A DNA stretch of 46,373 nt from an uncultured Nitrososphaerota archaeon (GTDB taxonomy: Archaea; Korarchaeota; Korarchaeia; Korarchaeales; Korarchaeaceae). Where the stretch lies: NCBI GenBank assembly GCA_964618805.1, contig CAZUBM010000017.1, positions 1 through 46,373 of the forward strand, given 5' to 3'. A program made the translations under genes and the position numbers. Positions within the stretch are counted from its first letter, which is position 1. Each line of letters opens with the position of its first letter. The notes below the pieces were generated by a model. It was not told the origin of the DNA, ran no database searches, and was given only the letters and a program-made list of their open reading frames with translations. Of the stretch, positions 20,050 to 29,547 are shown piece after piece.

Positions 20050-20783
20050 AGTTCTATTACCTCACCTTTGCTTATTTCTGGCTTAAGCTCCCAGTACCAC
20101 TTTCCATCTGCTAACAAGATTTTCCTAGCCTTAAGCCTATTTAGCTTTTCTTTCAACTGTTCAAGCTTTCTTTCCATGAACCTTTCCCTATCGAAAATCA
20201 GTATGGAGCCCTCCACCATATCAAGATAGAACGGGTGATTTATAGATGCATCTTCAGGAGTTAGGATTATGGGATCTATCAAGGGATATATTCCTTTTTT
20301 CTCCCAAAGCCTTAACCTCAACGCTTCAATTCCTCTTAGTGCTTTGTTGAAAAGTTCAAGCCTATCAGAATATCTCTCAGGAAGATCTTTGATTACTACA
20401 AGGAGGTCAAGGTCACTTTCACTTTTCCCCTCTCCCCTAGCTATTGAGCCGAAGAGGACAATCGAAACCAATTTATCTTGGAAGTTCTCGATTAATCTAG
20501 CTACTATGAATTCCATTAGGCCTCGATACTCTTTTTGGAGGATTTTCTCTCTCCAATCGATTCCAGCCCATTGAAGTGCTAAGATGATTGGATGAATTGC
20601 TCTGAAGGCCCCTCTAGATAACCTCTCTAAGAGCCCTTTTTCACACATTCTATGGAGAAGAAGGCTTAGATTCGATGTATCTATTATTTTTCTTGCCTCA
20701 TCTATGTTAAACTCCCTTAGCCAGAGTTCAGCGATTATTCTTCCATATGCCTCGAAATATTTCATATATTGAAATAAATTCAT
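20046..20783 (-). CDS. Minimal nucleotidyltransferase (MNT) with N-terminal wHTH
   Basis: LFGSIARGEGKSESDLDLL (GSx10DxD); N-terminal LHRMCEKGLLERLSRGAF wHTH; C-terminal WYWELKP. The probable start is 20765. Confidence 0.92.
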   Translation of the reverse strand: MNLFQYMKYFEAYGRIIAELWLREFNIDEARKIIDTSNLSLLLHRMCEKGLLERLSRGAFRAIHPIILALQWAGIDWREKILQKEYRGLMEFIVARLIENFQDKLVSIVLFGSIARGEGKSESDLDLLVVIKDLPERYSDRLELFNKALRGIEALRLRLWEKKGIYPLIDPIILTPEDASINHPFYLDMVEGSILIFDRERFMERKLEQLKEKLNRLKARKILLADGKWYWELKPEISKGEVIEL

Positions 20784-20907
20784 GATATGATATTTAAGAT
20801 GATCGCCGAAGCTACTTCTTCAAGGCAGTTATGTTGTGCAAAGCCTATGAGAAAAGCGTGGTCGTGTGTCTCGACATCTTTTAATTTCTAACACCTCTTC
20901 ATAGCTT

Positions 20908-22239
20908 GTGCCAGACTGGGAGAATGTTACTGGTGAAGTTGCAGAACTCCTGTCTAAATTGATTAAAATCGATACAACGAATCCTCCTGGAAACGAAACT
21001 CAAGCAGCTGAATTCCTTAGGAACTTCCTCTCAAGAGAGGGCTTTGATCCGTTATTGCTCGAGTCTTCAGAAGGAAGAGGTAACGTAATAGCAAAGCTCT
21101 CAGGAGATGGAAGGAAGAGGCTGCTCTTGCTTTCTCACTTGGATGTAGTTCCAGCAGACCCAAGAAAGTGGAAAGTACACCCTTTCTCCGGGGAGATAAA
21201 AGATGGGTTTATCTGGGGGAGAGGGGCTCTTGATTGCAAGGGGCTTGTGGCAGCAGAAGCCATGGTCATGGTTCTGCTTAAGAGAGAAGGGTTTAGACCA
21301 AATGGCGAGATAATATTCGCCTCCACTGCTGACGAGGAGATGGGAGGAAAGGCTGGAGCTGGCTGGCTTGTTAAGAACCATCCCGAGCTTGTAAAGGCTG
21401 AGTTACTGATAAACGAGGGAGGAGGAATTGGCATTCCCATAGGCAATAAGACGCATTACTTGGTTCAAGTTGCTGAGAAAGGGGTTTATTGGCTGAGGCT
21501 AAGGACCAAAGGAATAAGTGCCCATGCATCCATGCCTGGAGTTGGAGAAAATGCTTTGCTGAAGATGACAAAGATATTGGAAAAAATAGGGAGATACCAA
21601 GCTCCAGCAGTTATGCTCGATGTTACAAAAGAACTTCTTAAGAAGCTTGCCGGAGGAGGTCTTAAATCCTGGATGCTAACGAATCCCTTACTCATAGATA
21701 AAGCAATAGATTATCTAAAGAGAAAAAATCCCCAACTTGCTGAGGCCTTGAGGGCCATGATTAGGGCTACTATGGCTCCAACGATGATGAGAGCCGGGGT
21801 GAAGGAGAACATAATTCCAGACGAGTGCGAAGCTGTGATAGACTGTAGGTTGCTTCCTGGACAAGACATGGACTACTTGTTAGAACAGTTGAAGAGAGCA
21901 GTTGGCACGCTAGAAGGGCTCCATATCGAGACTATTCAACAGTCCAAAGGGACCAAATCTCCCTACAAGACAGAATTCTTTGAAACGATTGAAAAGGTCA
22001 TGAGAGAACTTGATCCTGGCTCCACATGCGTCCCATACATGATAACTGGTGGAACGGATAGCAGGTTCTTTAGGGAGAAATTCGGGACGATTGCATACGG
22101 ATTCCAACCCATAAGGCTTGACATGCCTATAGATGAACTTCTAAGGCTTGCTCATGGCGTGAATGAACGTATTAGCGTGAAAAACTTGGTTTTCGGTGTT
22201 AAAGCACTTTATGGAGTGGTAAAAGAGACGATGAAATAA
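20908..22239 (+). CDS. M20/M25/M40 family metallo-hydrolase
   Basis: SHLDVVP, GRGALDCKG, ADEEMGG, NEGG, AHASMP, GGTDSR and AHGVNER motifs. Confidence 0.95.
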   Translation: MPDWENVTGEVAELLSKLIKIDTTNPPGNETQAAEFLRNFLSREGFDPLLLESSEGRGNVIAKLSGDGRKRLLLLSHLDVVPADPRKWKVHPFSGEIKDGFIWGRGALDCKGLVAAEAMVMVLLKREGFRPNGEIIFASTADEEMGGKAGAGWLVKNHPELVKAELLINEGGGIGIPIGNKTHYLVQVAEKGVYWLRLRTKGISAHASMPGVGENALLKMTKILEKIGRYQAPAVMLDVTKELLKKLAGGGLKSWMLTNPLLIDKAIDYLKRKNPQLAEALRAMIRATMAPTMMRAGVKENIIPDECEAVIDCRLLPGQDMDYLLEQLKRAVGTLEGLHIETIQQSKGTKSPYKTEFFETIEKVMRELDPGSTCVPYMITGGTDSRFFREKFGTIAYGFQPIRLDMPIDELLRLAHGVNERISVKNLVFGVKALYGVVKETMK

Positions 22240-22267
22240 AATAGGAAGAGAACTATAGTTACCAGAA

Positions 22268-23076
22268 TTGGAAATCCGAATAGTTGATATCGATAGGAGA
22301 AACATCGACGATCTAGTCCTTATTTGCTCAGGAAAATACCTCTCTGACCCAAAGTATGCAACTGGAATTGAATTAAAGAAGAAGTGGCTTCTTAAAATGT
22401 TAGAAAAAGTTGGAGTTTGCGCTAAGATAGCTTATTTAAACGACAAACCAGTAGGGCAAATCCTATTCCAGCCAGAGAATTCCAATCCAGCAGATCCTTA
22501 TCCAAGAGAAGGAGTCCTTTACTTGCACTGCATCTTCGTCCCAGTTCAAGAGGCTCAGAGAAAGGGAGTTGCTACAGCGCTTCTTGAATCTCTAATTGAG
22601 GACTGTAAGGAGTGTCCAGAAAAGCTTGGAATGAAGGAGTGCAGGTTTATAGTGACTCATGCCTTTGACACTGGGCTTTTTCTGAGCCAAGCGGATTTCT
22701 ACAGGAAAAGAGGCTTCAAGAATTGCCCCGAGGGGGTCCCAATGATCTATACCTTCCGATATTTGGTGAGTACGAACCCAAGCCAAAAATAGAATACAAG
22801 CCACTGAAAGAGGATCTTAACAGAGCAGTCATAATATTCGGGGAGTCTTGCCAATTTGGCCATGTATTCGCAATAAGAGCCTTTGAGCTGATTAAAGAAG
22901 TAGCGCCAGATCTACCCATAACTCTAATCGATGAGGATGAACAACCAGAAGAATCAAAGAAAAGGGCTGGAGAGTGGCTAATCGTTAACGCGAGACCCAT
23001 AAGGGCATGGGTTGGGGACACAGATGCCTTCAAAAATGCTGTTTTAGAAGCCCTTAAAGGCGACAATAAGGACTAA
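22268..23076 (+). pseudogene. YoaP-like GNAT acetyltransferase split by a -1 frameshift in a G5 run (22732-22736)
   Basis: ORF1 has LHCIFV...QRKGVATALL and FYRKRGF. One extra G gives CPEGGPNDLY, which joins ORF2 (a thioredoxin-like C-terminal domain). Confidence 0.8.
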
Positions 23077-23082
23077 TTAACG

Positions 23083-24171
23083 ATGATGTCAAAGGTAGCA
23101 TCTCAAATAGTGAAATGCCTGAGAATAAAGGAAGGAGACGTAGTTTTAATTCATTCATGGCAGCATACCATTAATCTTGCTGAAAGAATAGCTGTAGAGT
23201 GCTATAGGTTGGGGGCAGATCCTCTCATCGCCTTACAAACAGATTATCTTCTCCAACGAATGGCTCAAGAGGTTCCAGAAGATAAACTAAGAGATGCGCC
23301 TAAGAGTCTCCTAGCTCTTTCCAAAACCATAACTGTCTGTATAGTCATGGCTGGACCTGAAGATCCAGAGACTATGCTTAAAATTCCTTCAGAAAAGCTA
23401 AAGGCCCTTAGAATTTCTTCTAACAAGTTGGTTGAGATCGAATCAGAAAGAAAGGTTCGCCAAGCTGAAATACTGATCGGGAAGGTCTCCCTGAGGAGAG
23501 CCAAATCCTATGGTTTAGACTTTGCTGAATGGATGAAAGTAATGATGGAAGCCCTAGCAGTTGATTATGAAAGGATACGGGAAATTGGGAAGAAATTAGC
23601 AAGAGATTTCGAAGAAGCTAGCGAAGTTCGAATATCATCCAGCTCAGGGACAGATCTCAGATTTAGAATAGATGAGAGACCCATAATAATCGAAGACGGA
23701 GTAATTGACGAAGAAGATATCGAAAAAGGGATAATTTCAACATATTTGCCAGCTGGATGCTTAATAGTAGCTCCAATCGAGGATAGCGCTGAAGGAAATG
23801 TTGTATTCGATCTCCCAAATCATATATGGGGAGGAACTGTGGGGGGATTGGAATGGTTTTTCGAAAGGGGTAAACTCAAATCTTGGAAGGCTTCAAAAGG
23901 CGCTGAATTATTCAAAAAGAGTCTAGAAGGTATGAGCGGGGACAGGGATAGAATAGGTCTCTTTATGATAGGTCTCAATCCAGTCTATAAAGCAGGATAC
24001 CCTTTAAGCGAAATAGCTCTAGGTACCGTCTCGATAGGCATAGGCAAAAACGAGGAGTATGGAGGGAAGAACAAAGGTGTTGGAGTGTTTACAGCGTGTA
24101 TGTCTGGTGCAACGGTCGAAGTTAACGGTAAGATGATAATGAAAGACGGTGAGTTGATATACAAATTTTAG
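23083..24171 (+). CDS. M29 (aminopeptidase T)-like protein, metal ligands apparently lost
   Basis: CLRIKEGD.VLI, A.AVDYE, GTDLRF, LP.G....AP and A.GT..IGIG.N patterns match the M29 fold. Confidence 0.8.
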   Translation: MMSKVASQIVKCLRIKEGDVVLIHSWQHTINLAERIAVECYRLGADPLIALQTDYLLQRMAQEVPEDKLRDAPKSLLALSKTITVCIVMAGPEDPETMLKIPSEKLKALRISSNKLVEIESERKVRQAEILIGKVSLRRAKSYGLDFAEWMKVMMEALAVDYERIREIGKKLARDFEEASEVRISSSSGTDLRFRIDERPIIIEDGVIDEEDIEKGIISTYLPAGCLIVAPIEDSAEGNVVFDLPNHIWGGTVGGLEWFFERGKLKSWKASKGAELFKKSLEGMSGDRDRIGLFMIGLNPVYKAGYPLSEIALGTVSIGIGKNEEYGGKNKGVGVFTACMSGATVEVNGKMIMKDGELIYKF

Positions 24172-24246
24172 CCCTAGTTCTCAGATATTACAAGCTGAAT
24201 CAAGAATGTAAAGTTAAATTAAGGTTTTTATCCCTTTATCACAATA

Positions 24247-24507
24247 TTGGTAGGGATAGGCATGCCGTGTAAGAGAAGAAGGAAGACAGCAACGAGCTCG
24301 GAACTGGATGAAGTTGGAATGAAGATCTTAAAGGCTTTGGCAGAAATAAACGCTCCTGCTAGTTGTGGGGATATTGCTAAGAAAGCTGGGATTCCAACTC
24401 GCAGGGTAACCGGAAAGCTCAGATCTCTTGCCAACAAAGGTTTTGTAGAGAGACCAGAGAAGGGAAAGTATCTAATATCCGAATCGGGTATGAAGCTCAT
24501 AAAGTAA
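24247..24507 (+). CDS. Small winged-helix DNA-binding protein
   Basis: ILKALAE..ASCGDIAKKAGIPTRRVTGKLRSLANKGFVER..KGKY. The likely start is the ATG at 24262. Confidence 0.82.
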   Translation: MVGIGMPCKRRRKTATSSELDEVGMKILKALAEINAPASCGDIAKKAGIPTRRVTGKLRSLANKGFVERPEKGKYLISESGMKLIK

Positions 24508-24518
24508 AGAGGCTTGAT

Positions 24519-24821
24519 ATGCGCGAAGAGACTAGGAGAAAGGAGATAATAAAGCTCTTGTCGGAAGTAGCTGAGCCAATAAGTGCTAAAGAAATTGCGC
24601 AGGACTTAGGAATGAAAGCAAGAGATATGAGGACAATATATAATCACCTTGATCATATTGCTAAGAGCGTAAGATCAAATGGAAAAAGGCTTCTTATGGT
24701 TCCTCCAAGATGTAAGGAGTGTGGATATGTGTTTAATAATATGAAGAGAGCTAGACTACCTCATCGATGCCCTAAATGCAAGAGCGAAAGAATAGAGCCT
24801 CCAAAGTTCATCATAAAATGA
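24519..24821 (+). CDS. HTH + Zn-ribbon transcriptional regulator (COG3357-like)
   Basis: TRR..II.LL, HL.HIAKS, PPRCKECGYVF and RCPKCKSERI.PP.F motifs. Confidence 0.9.
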   Translation: MREETRRKEIIKLLSEVAEPISAKEIAQDLGMKARDMRTIYNHLDHIAKSVRSNGKRLLMVPPRCKECGYVFNNMKRARLPHRCPKCKSERIEPPKFIIK

Positions 24822-24870
24822 CCATTTCCACGTTAGCTAACGATTAAGGTATTAATCCATTGAAGATAGG

Positions 24871-25884
24871 GTGTATGGTTCCATGAAATCGAGATTAAGA
24901 TTAGGAATAATTCTTCTGATAACGCTCTCCTTAACAGTAGCTATGAAAGCCGCTTGCGAAGAGGAAAAGCTGAGAATCGTCGCAACAATATCCCCTCTAG
25001 GGTCAATTGCTAGGGAAATAGGAGAAAAAAGGGTCCATGTAGTAGTCCTAGTTCCAAGTGGGAGCGATCCACATCAATATGCCCCAAAACCAAGCGAGGC
25101 AGAGCTTGTGAGAACATGTGAACTGTTCATATCAATAGGAAAGGAACCTTTTCTTGGACAATTTCCTGAGGAAAGACTGGGAACAACCTTGGGTTGGGAA
25201 GATTGGATCAAAGCTGGAGCCTATGTGCCAAAAGGAAACCCGCATTACCTCTGGATGTATCCTGAGAACGCTAGACTTGTTGGAAGAGTCGTTGCTAATA
25301 GGTTAAGTCTATTAGATCCAGAAAATAGCGAATATTACATGTCAAACTTAGCTATATTTGAGAGAAAAATAGATTCATTGGAGAAATGGATTTCTACGCT
25401 CAAGGAAAGGTACAACTTGGAGGGAGAAAGAGTTCTACTTGGAGGCGCCCATTTTGAACCCATTTCAGAAATTTTAGGACTAAATGTAATCGGCGTCATA
25501 ATAAAAGGAGAGGGGAAACTTCCTAGTCCTTCTGAAATAGTTGAAATGGAGAAGATTGCTTTAGAGAAAAAAGCAAAGGTGATAATAGCTCTTGCAACTC
25601 AGAAGGAGGGGGACGAGGGAAGGATAGCAGATCAAATAGCTAAAGAGACCGGAATTCCAATAATTTACGTACATGGTGTGGCTATTGATGAAGAAGACAC
25701 TTATATCGAGTTCATGAAATACACGCTCTCTCAGATAGCTGCTGGAATTCAAGCTGGAAGAACGGCTGGAGGAGGTCAAAAATCTGAGTCAACAGGACAT
25801 TTCTGGATAGCGATCATAGTCTTAGGACTCCTAGTAGTCTTTCAGTCTTTCTTGCTTACGAGGTGTTTAAGATGGCCGTCTTAA
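24871..25884 (+). CDS. znuA: Zn/Mn ABC transporter substrate-binding protein with C-terminal TM anchor
   Basis: VP.GSDPHQY and NPHYLWM.P motifs; signal peptide plus C-terminal TM. Confidence 0.88.
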   Translation: MYGSMKSRLRLGIILLITLSLTVAMKAACEEEKLRIVATISPLGSIAREIGEKRVHVVVLVPSGSDPHQYAPKPSEAELVRTCELFISIGKEPFLGQFPEERLGTTLGWEDWIKAGAYVPKGNPHYLWMYPENARLVGRVVANRLSLLDPENSEYYMSNLAIFERKIDSLEKWISTLKERYNLEGERVLLGGAHFEPISEILGLNVIGVIIKGEGKLPSPSEIVEMEKIALEKKAKVIIALATQKEGDEGRIADQIAKETGIPIIYVHGVAIDEEDTYIEFMKYTLSQIAAGIQAGRTAGGGQKSESTGHFWIAIIVLGLLVVFQSFLLTRCLRWPS

Positions 25885-26636
25885 GTGTTAGAAATCTTAC
25901 AGTTGCGTATCCAGAGAAGATAGCTCTTCAGAATATAAGCTTTGAGATGGAAAAACCTACAATGATGGCCATCTTGGGCCCAAACGGGGCGGGCAAGACA
26001 ACCCTTCTTAAGACGATTCTTGGCCTCCTAAGACCTATTTCTGGTACTATTGAGATCCTAGGAATGGATCCATTTGAGGAAGGCTCAAAAGTAAGGAAGA
26101 TGGTTGGATACGTCCCACAAAGGGAGAAGATAGACCCAACCATGCCGGTTCTAGTTAAAGATGTAGTACTGATGGGAAGAACTCCAAAATTACCTCTTGG
26201 TGCTTGGTTTGGAGCTAAAGACATAGAAATAGCTAGAGAAGCGCTAAGTTTGGTTGGAATGGGAGATTACTGGGAGGAACCATACATTCACCTTTCTGGA
26301 GGCCAACAACAAAGAGTTCTAATAGCCAGAGCCCTTGCTTCAAACCCAAAGTTCTTATTGCTTGATGAGCCCTTTGCTGGCATAGACTTGACGTCTAGAT
26401 CAATTATATTAGATGTAATCAGAAATAAGGTAGAGGGAGGTGTTGGGACCATAATAGTCTCCCATAATCCTGAGCCAGCCTTAATAGCTGATCTTGTACT
26501 CTTGCTAAATGTTGAAGTTATGGCATTCGGAAGAAAGGAAGATGTTCTCAGGCCAGAACTTATTCAGAGAGTCTATGGCATGCCTGTTATGCTAGGATTA
26601 CCCAGCTTATCTCGGGATGGTGATGTTCATGTTTGA
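25863..26636 (+). CDS. znuC: Zn/Mn ABC transporter ATP-binding protein
   Basis: GPNGAGKT, GYVPQ, LSGGQQQR, LLLDEP and VSH motifs. Confidence 0.93.
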   Translation: MFKMAVLSVRNLTVAYPEKIALQNISFEMEKPTMMAILGPNGAGKTTLLKTILGLLRPISGTIEILGMDPFEEGSKVRKMVGYVPQREKIDPTMPVLVKDVVLMGRTPKLPLGAWFGAKDIEIAREALSLVGMGDYWEEPYIHLSGGQQQRVLIARALASNPKFLLLDEPFAGIDLTSRSIILDVIRNKVEGGVGTIIVSHNPEPALIADLVLLLNVEVMAFGRKEDVLRPELIQRVYGMPVMLGLPSLSRDGDVHV

Positions 26637-27525
26637 ATTTCTCTCATCTCCCCTAATCTTAAGAGCCCTTCTGGCTCTAATCATATCTTCTGTGATGACA
26701 GCTGTCATAGGAACATTTACTGTGCTAAGGGGACTCTCAACCATGGGAGCTGCGATTGCTCATGCATCACTAGCAGGAGCCGTATTAGGCATAATAATAG
26801 GCATCGAACCAGTGCTAGGTGCCTTTATCCTCAGCATACTCTTTGCTCTAGCAACAGCATATGTTGGTGAGGAAGGAGGCGGTAGAATGGACATACTTCT
26901 TGGGGTTAGCTTTGGTCTTTCTACTTCTATAGCGATCCTGTTCATATCCATGCTAAGCGCCTACACCGTAGCAGCATGGTCTTTCCTACTTGGGGATGTT
27001 TTAGGGGTTACCGAAGGAGAGCTGGCAATCCTTTTGGCTTTCACAATAGCTAGCATCTGCCTTGTCGTTGTATTTTACAAGGAATTCAAGTTCATCACTT
27101 TTGATGAAGATGGGGCAGAAGCGATGGGTCTTAGAGTTAGGTTCATCCATTATTTCATGATATTGCTAATAGCCGTTGCCACAGTCGTTGCACTAAGAGT
27201 CGTTGGGTCTATCCTGACAGTTGTTATGCTTGTAGCTCCTGCAGCAGCCGCATACGAGTTTTCACACAGTTTAGAAAGGATGATCTTTCTCTCGGTTCTA
27301 ATAGCCGTGAGTTCCTCTCTCTTAGGCTTTTTCATATCAATTAGGGCAAACGTGGCAACAAGCGCTATAATAGGAGTGATAACCTCTCTAACTTTTCTCC
27401 TTTCATTGTTGCTGAGTACTAAAAGAAGAAAATGTGCATGTAGGCTTGTATCGCCCGTAAAGCTAGTGAAAGAGAAACAAACTGCCTTCAGAAAACATCT
27501 TACCCATCGCAAACGTGCCAGTTAA
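26617..27525 (+). CDS. znuB: Zn/Mn ABC transporter permease
   Basis: AIAHASLAG, FLLGDVL, FD...AEAMG and VVGSIL motifs. Confidence 0.92.
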   Translation: MVMFMFEFLSSPLILRALLALIISSVMTAVIGTFTVLRGLSTMGAAIAHASLAGAVLGIIIGIEPVLGAFILSILFALATAYVGEEGGGRMDILLGVSFGLSTSIAILFISMLSAYTVAAWSFLLGDVLGVTEGELAILLAFTIASICLVVVFYKEFKFITFDEDGAEAMGLRVRFIHYFMILLIAVATVVALRVVGSILTVVMLVAPAAAAYEFSHSLERMIFLSVLIAVSSSLLGFFISIRANVATSAIIGVITSLTFLLSLLLSTKRRKCACRLVSPVKLVKEKQTAFRKHLTHRKRAS

Positions 27526-27594
27526 GCAGCTTCGATAGAAAATCTTGAAGATCTATATCACTGTTGGCCACTATCTAATACCTTTCAGTCTCTT

Positions 27595-28356
27595 TTACAA
27601 TTCTTTAACGGAATAATAGAGCTTGAATCCTTGATCTGTTTTCTCTACCTTCTTTAATTCGATTGGACCAACCTCACCAGTATTTGTCACATGAGTTCCC
27701 ATGCATGGAATCGCATTTATTCCTTCTATGACTACGAGCCTATATTTTTCAGCCCGAGGCAATCTATCAAGGTTCGGGGCCTCTTTAGCAAATTTCAAAA
27801 GCTCATTTTGTGCAACATATACAAATCTAACAGCTCTTCTTTCCTCAACTATCTTGTTTGCCTTTTTTGAGATGATCTTAATTTGTTCTGAGTTAGGAGG
27901 ATCAGCCTTATACTCAGTAAACGCCTCAGGTGGTCCATGGTTAGCCCCCAAGGTATCTACAACCCTACCATAAACGTCTCTAAGGGCATAATCGAGAATA
28001 TGTCCCGCTGTGTGCAATCTCATAATTAGATGTCGCCTTTGCCAGTCCAAAGAACAATTAACTACCTCACCAGCGCGTGGCAATCTACCATCTAACTTTC
28101 CGAAGTGTACAAGAACCCCTCTAGCTTCCAATACCTTCTTCAATCTTACAGCAAATCCTTCACCTCTTATGAAACCTAGATCCGTTGGTTGTCCTCCTCC
28201 TTTTGGATGGTATATGCTCCTATCAAGTATAATGTAGATGTTTTTCTTCTCCTGCTTTGAGGCTAATACTTTAGCCTTCGCTTCCCTAAGGTATGGATCC
28301 TCCAGATACAGCTTTTTAGTAGGAGAAAAGTCAATAACAAGTTTATTGATATCCAA
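27595..28356 (-). CDS. alaX: Alanyl-tRNA editing protein AlaX (paralog 1)
   Basis: LYLEDPY, HPKGGGQP.D.G, MRLHTAGH and PCMGTH Zn motifs. Confidence 0.92.
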   Translation of the reverse strand: MDINKLVIDFSPTKKLYLEDPYLREAKAKVLASKQEKKNIYIILDRSIYHPKGGGQPTDLGFIRGEGFAVRLKKVLEARGVLVHFGKLDGRLPRAGEVVNCSLDWQRRHLIMRLHTAGHILDYALRDVYGRVVDTLGANHGPPEAFTEYKADPPNSEQIKIISKKANKIVEERRAVRFVYVAQNELLKFAKEAPNLDRLPRAEKYRLVVIEGINAIPCMGTHVTNTGEVGPIELKKVEKTDQGFKLYYSVKEL

Positions 28357-28434
28357 CTCTTTAATGAGCTGATAATTAAAATCATAAAAGGATTTTGGAT
28401 GTTTCCTCTTTTTAACTGATCAGCGGGTAAAATA

Positions 28435-29367
28435 GTGACGTTGTCCCTCAAAGATTTCAGGGATAAGAGAGGCTTCTCAAGACCTCCCGAATCACTTGAA
28501 TCAGAGCTAAATAATTCAAATAGAAGAGATCTAATCTACGTGATTCAGGAGCACCATGCAAGGAGGCTTCACTATGATCTCAGACTTGAAATGGGAGGAG
28601 TTCTGAAAAGCTGGGCGATCCCAAAGGAGCCTCCTACCAGGCCAGGGATAAGGAGACTAGCTATACAGACAGAGGATCACCCTCTTGAATATGCATACTT
28701 CGAAGGATGCTTAGAGTTTCACACCTTGCTTCTTACGAACAAGGGATTGTTAAGAATAGGAGAGATTGTAGAAAGAAGGTTAAAAGTGAATGTTCTCTCA
28801 TATAACATAGAGAAGAAAAGGCTGGAGTGGAAACCAGTAATAGGGTGGTACAAGAACGGTATAACAAGCAATTTCATAGAGCTATCGATTTCAAGCAATT
28901 TTTTATTTGAAAAGCTTATTTTGACCCCTAATCATATTATTTATACTCCTTTCGGAAAGAGAAAAGCTGGAGAGCTTGAGAAGGGAGATGCTGTGCTTAC
29001 AGCATGCTCAGCCGAGGATTGGAAACAGCAGAAGATCTCACTAGGAAAAGTTGAATCAGTTAGGAGGATAGATCTAGGTAATTCTCAAAGATATGACATC
29101 AGAGTTAAACAAAACCATAATTACTTCGCTAAATCAATTCTAGTGTCTAATTCAATTCCCGAAGGGTTGTATGGGGCTGGATTGGTGAAGATATGGGATA
29201 GAGGGACGTACAAACCCATAGAGGTTGGCGAAGATAAGCTAATATTTGAGATAAATGGAACAAAACTCCGAGGAAAATACGCACTTATCAGAGCAAGATT
29301 GAAAGGAAGAGAAAATTACTGGCTTTTCTTCAAAATGAAGGAAGATCCTCTCAATGGATCCTTCTGA
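28435..29367 (+). CDS. Stand-alone LigD-type DNA 3'-phosphoesterase (PE) precursor containing an intein
   Basis: VIQEH.ARRLHYDLRLE..GVLKSWA.PK, RLA..TEDHPLEYA.FEG [insert] SIPEGLYGAG.V.IWD.G.Y and L.G.YAL motifs; the spliced product would be 162 aa. Confidence 0.93.
   Translation: MTLSLKDFRDKRGFSRPPESLESELNNSNRRDLIYVIQEHHARRLHYDLRLEMGGVLKSWAIPKEPPTRPGIRRLAIQTEDHPLEYAYFEGCLEFHTLLLTNKGLLRIGEIVERRLKVNVLSYNIEKKRLEWKPVIGWYKNGITSNFIELSISSNFLFEKLILTPNHIIYTPFGKRKAGELEKGDAVLTACSAEDWKQQKISLGKVESVRRIDLGNSQRYDIRVKQNHNYFAKSILVSNSIPEGLYGAGLVKIWDRGTYKPIEVGEDKLIFEINGTKLRGKYALIRARLKGRENYWLFFKMKEDPLNGSF
28708..29151 (+). mobile_element. 148-aa mini-intein (Hint only, no homing endonuclease)
   Basis: Starts with Cys (CLEFHT), block B LTPNH, block F RYDIRV..NHNYF, ends ILVSN followed by +1 Ser. 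Removing it restores the FEG-SIPEG.YGAG PE motif. Confidence 0.93.
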
Positions 29368-29547
29368 AGATTATATCTCAGACATTGATGAACATGCTAT
29401 GGAAAATATTGCTCGTGCAAACTGGAGGCATGTCTTTCTGCGAAAAATGAAGAATAGTTATCACACCTAAACGCATCTCCAGAATCAGAACTTCTTTTTG
29501 GATTAGACTATTTGCATAAGGTTCCTGCCCTTTCAAACAGGTTTTGG

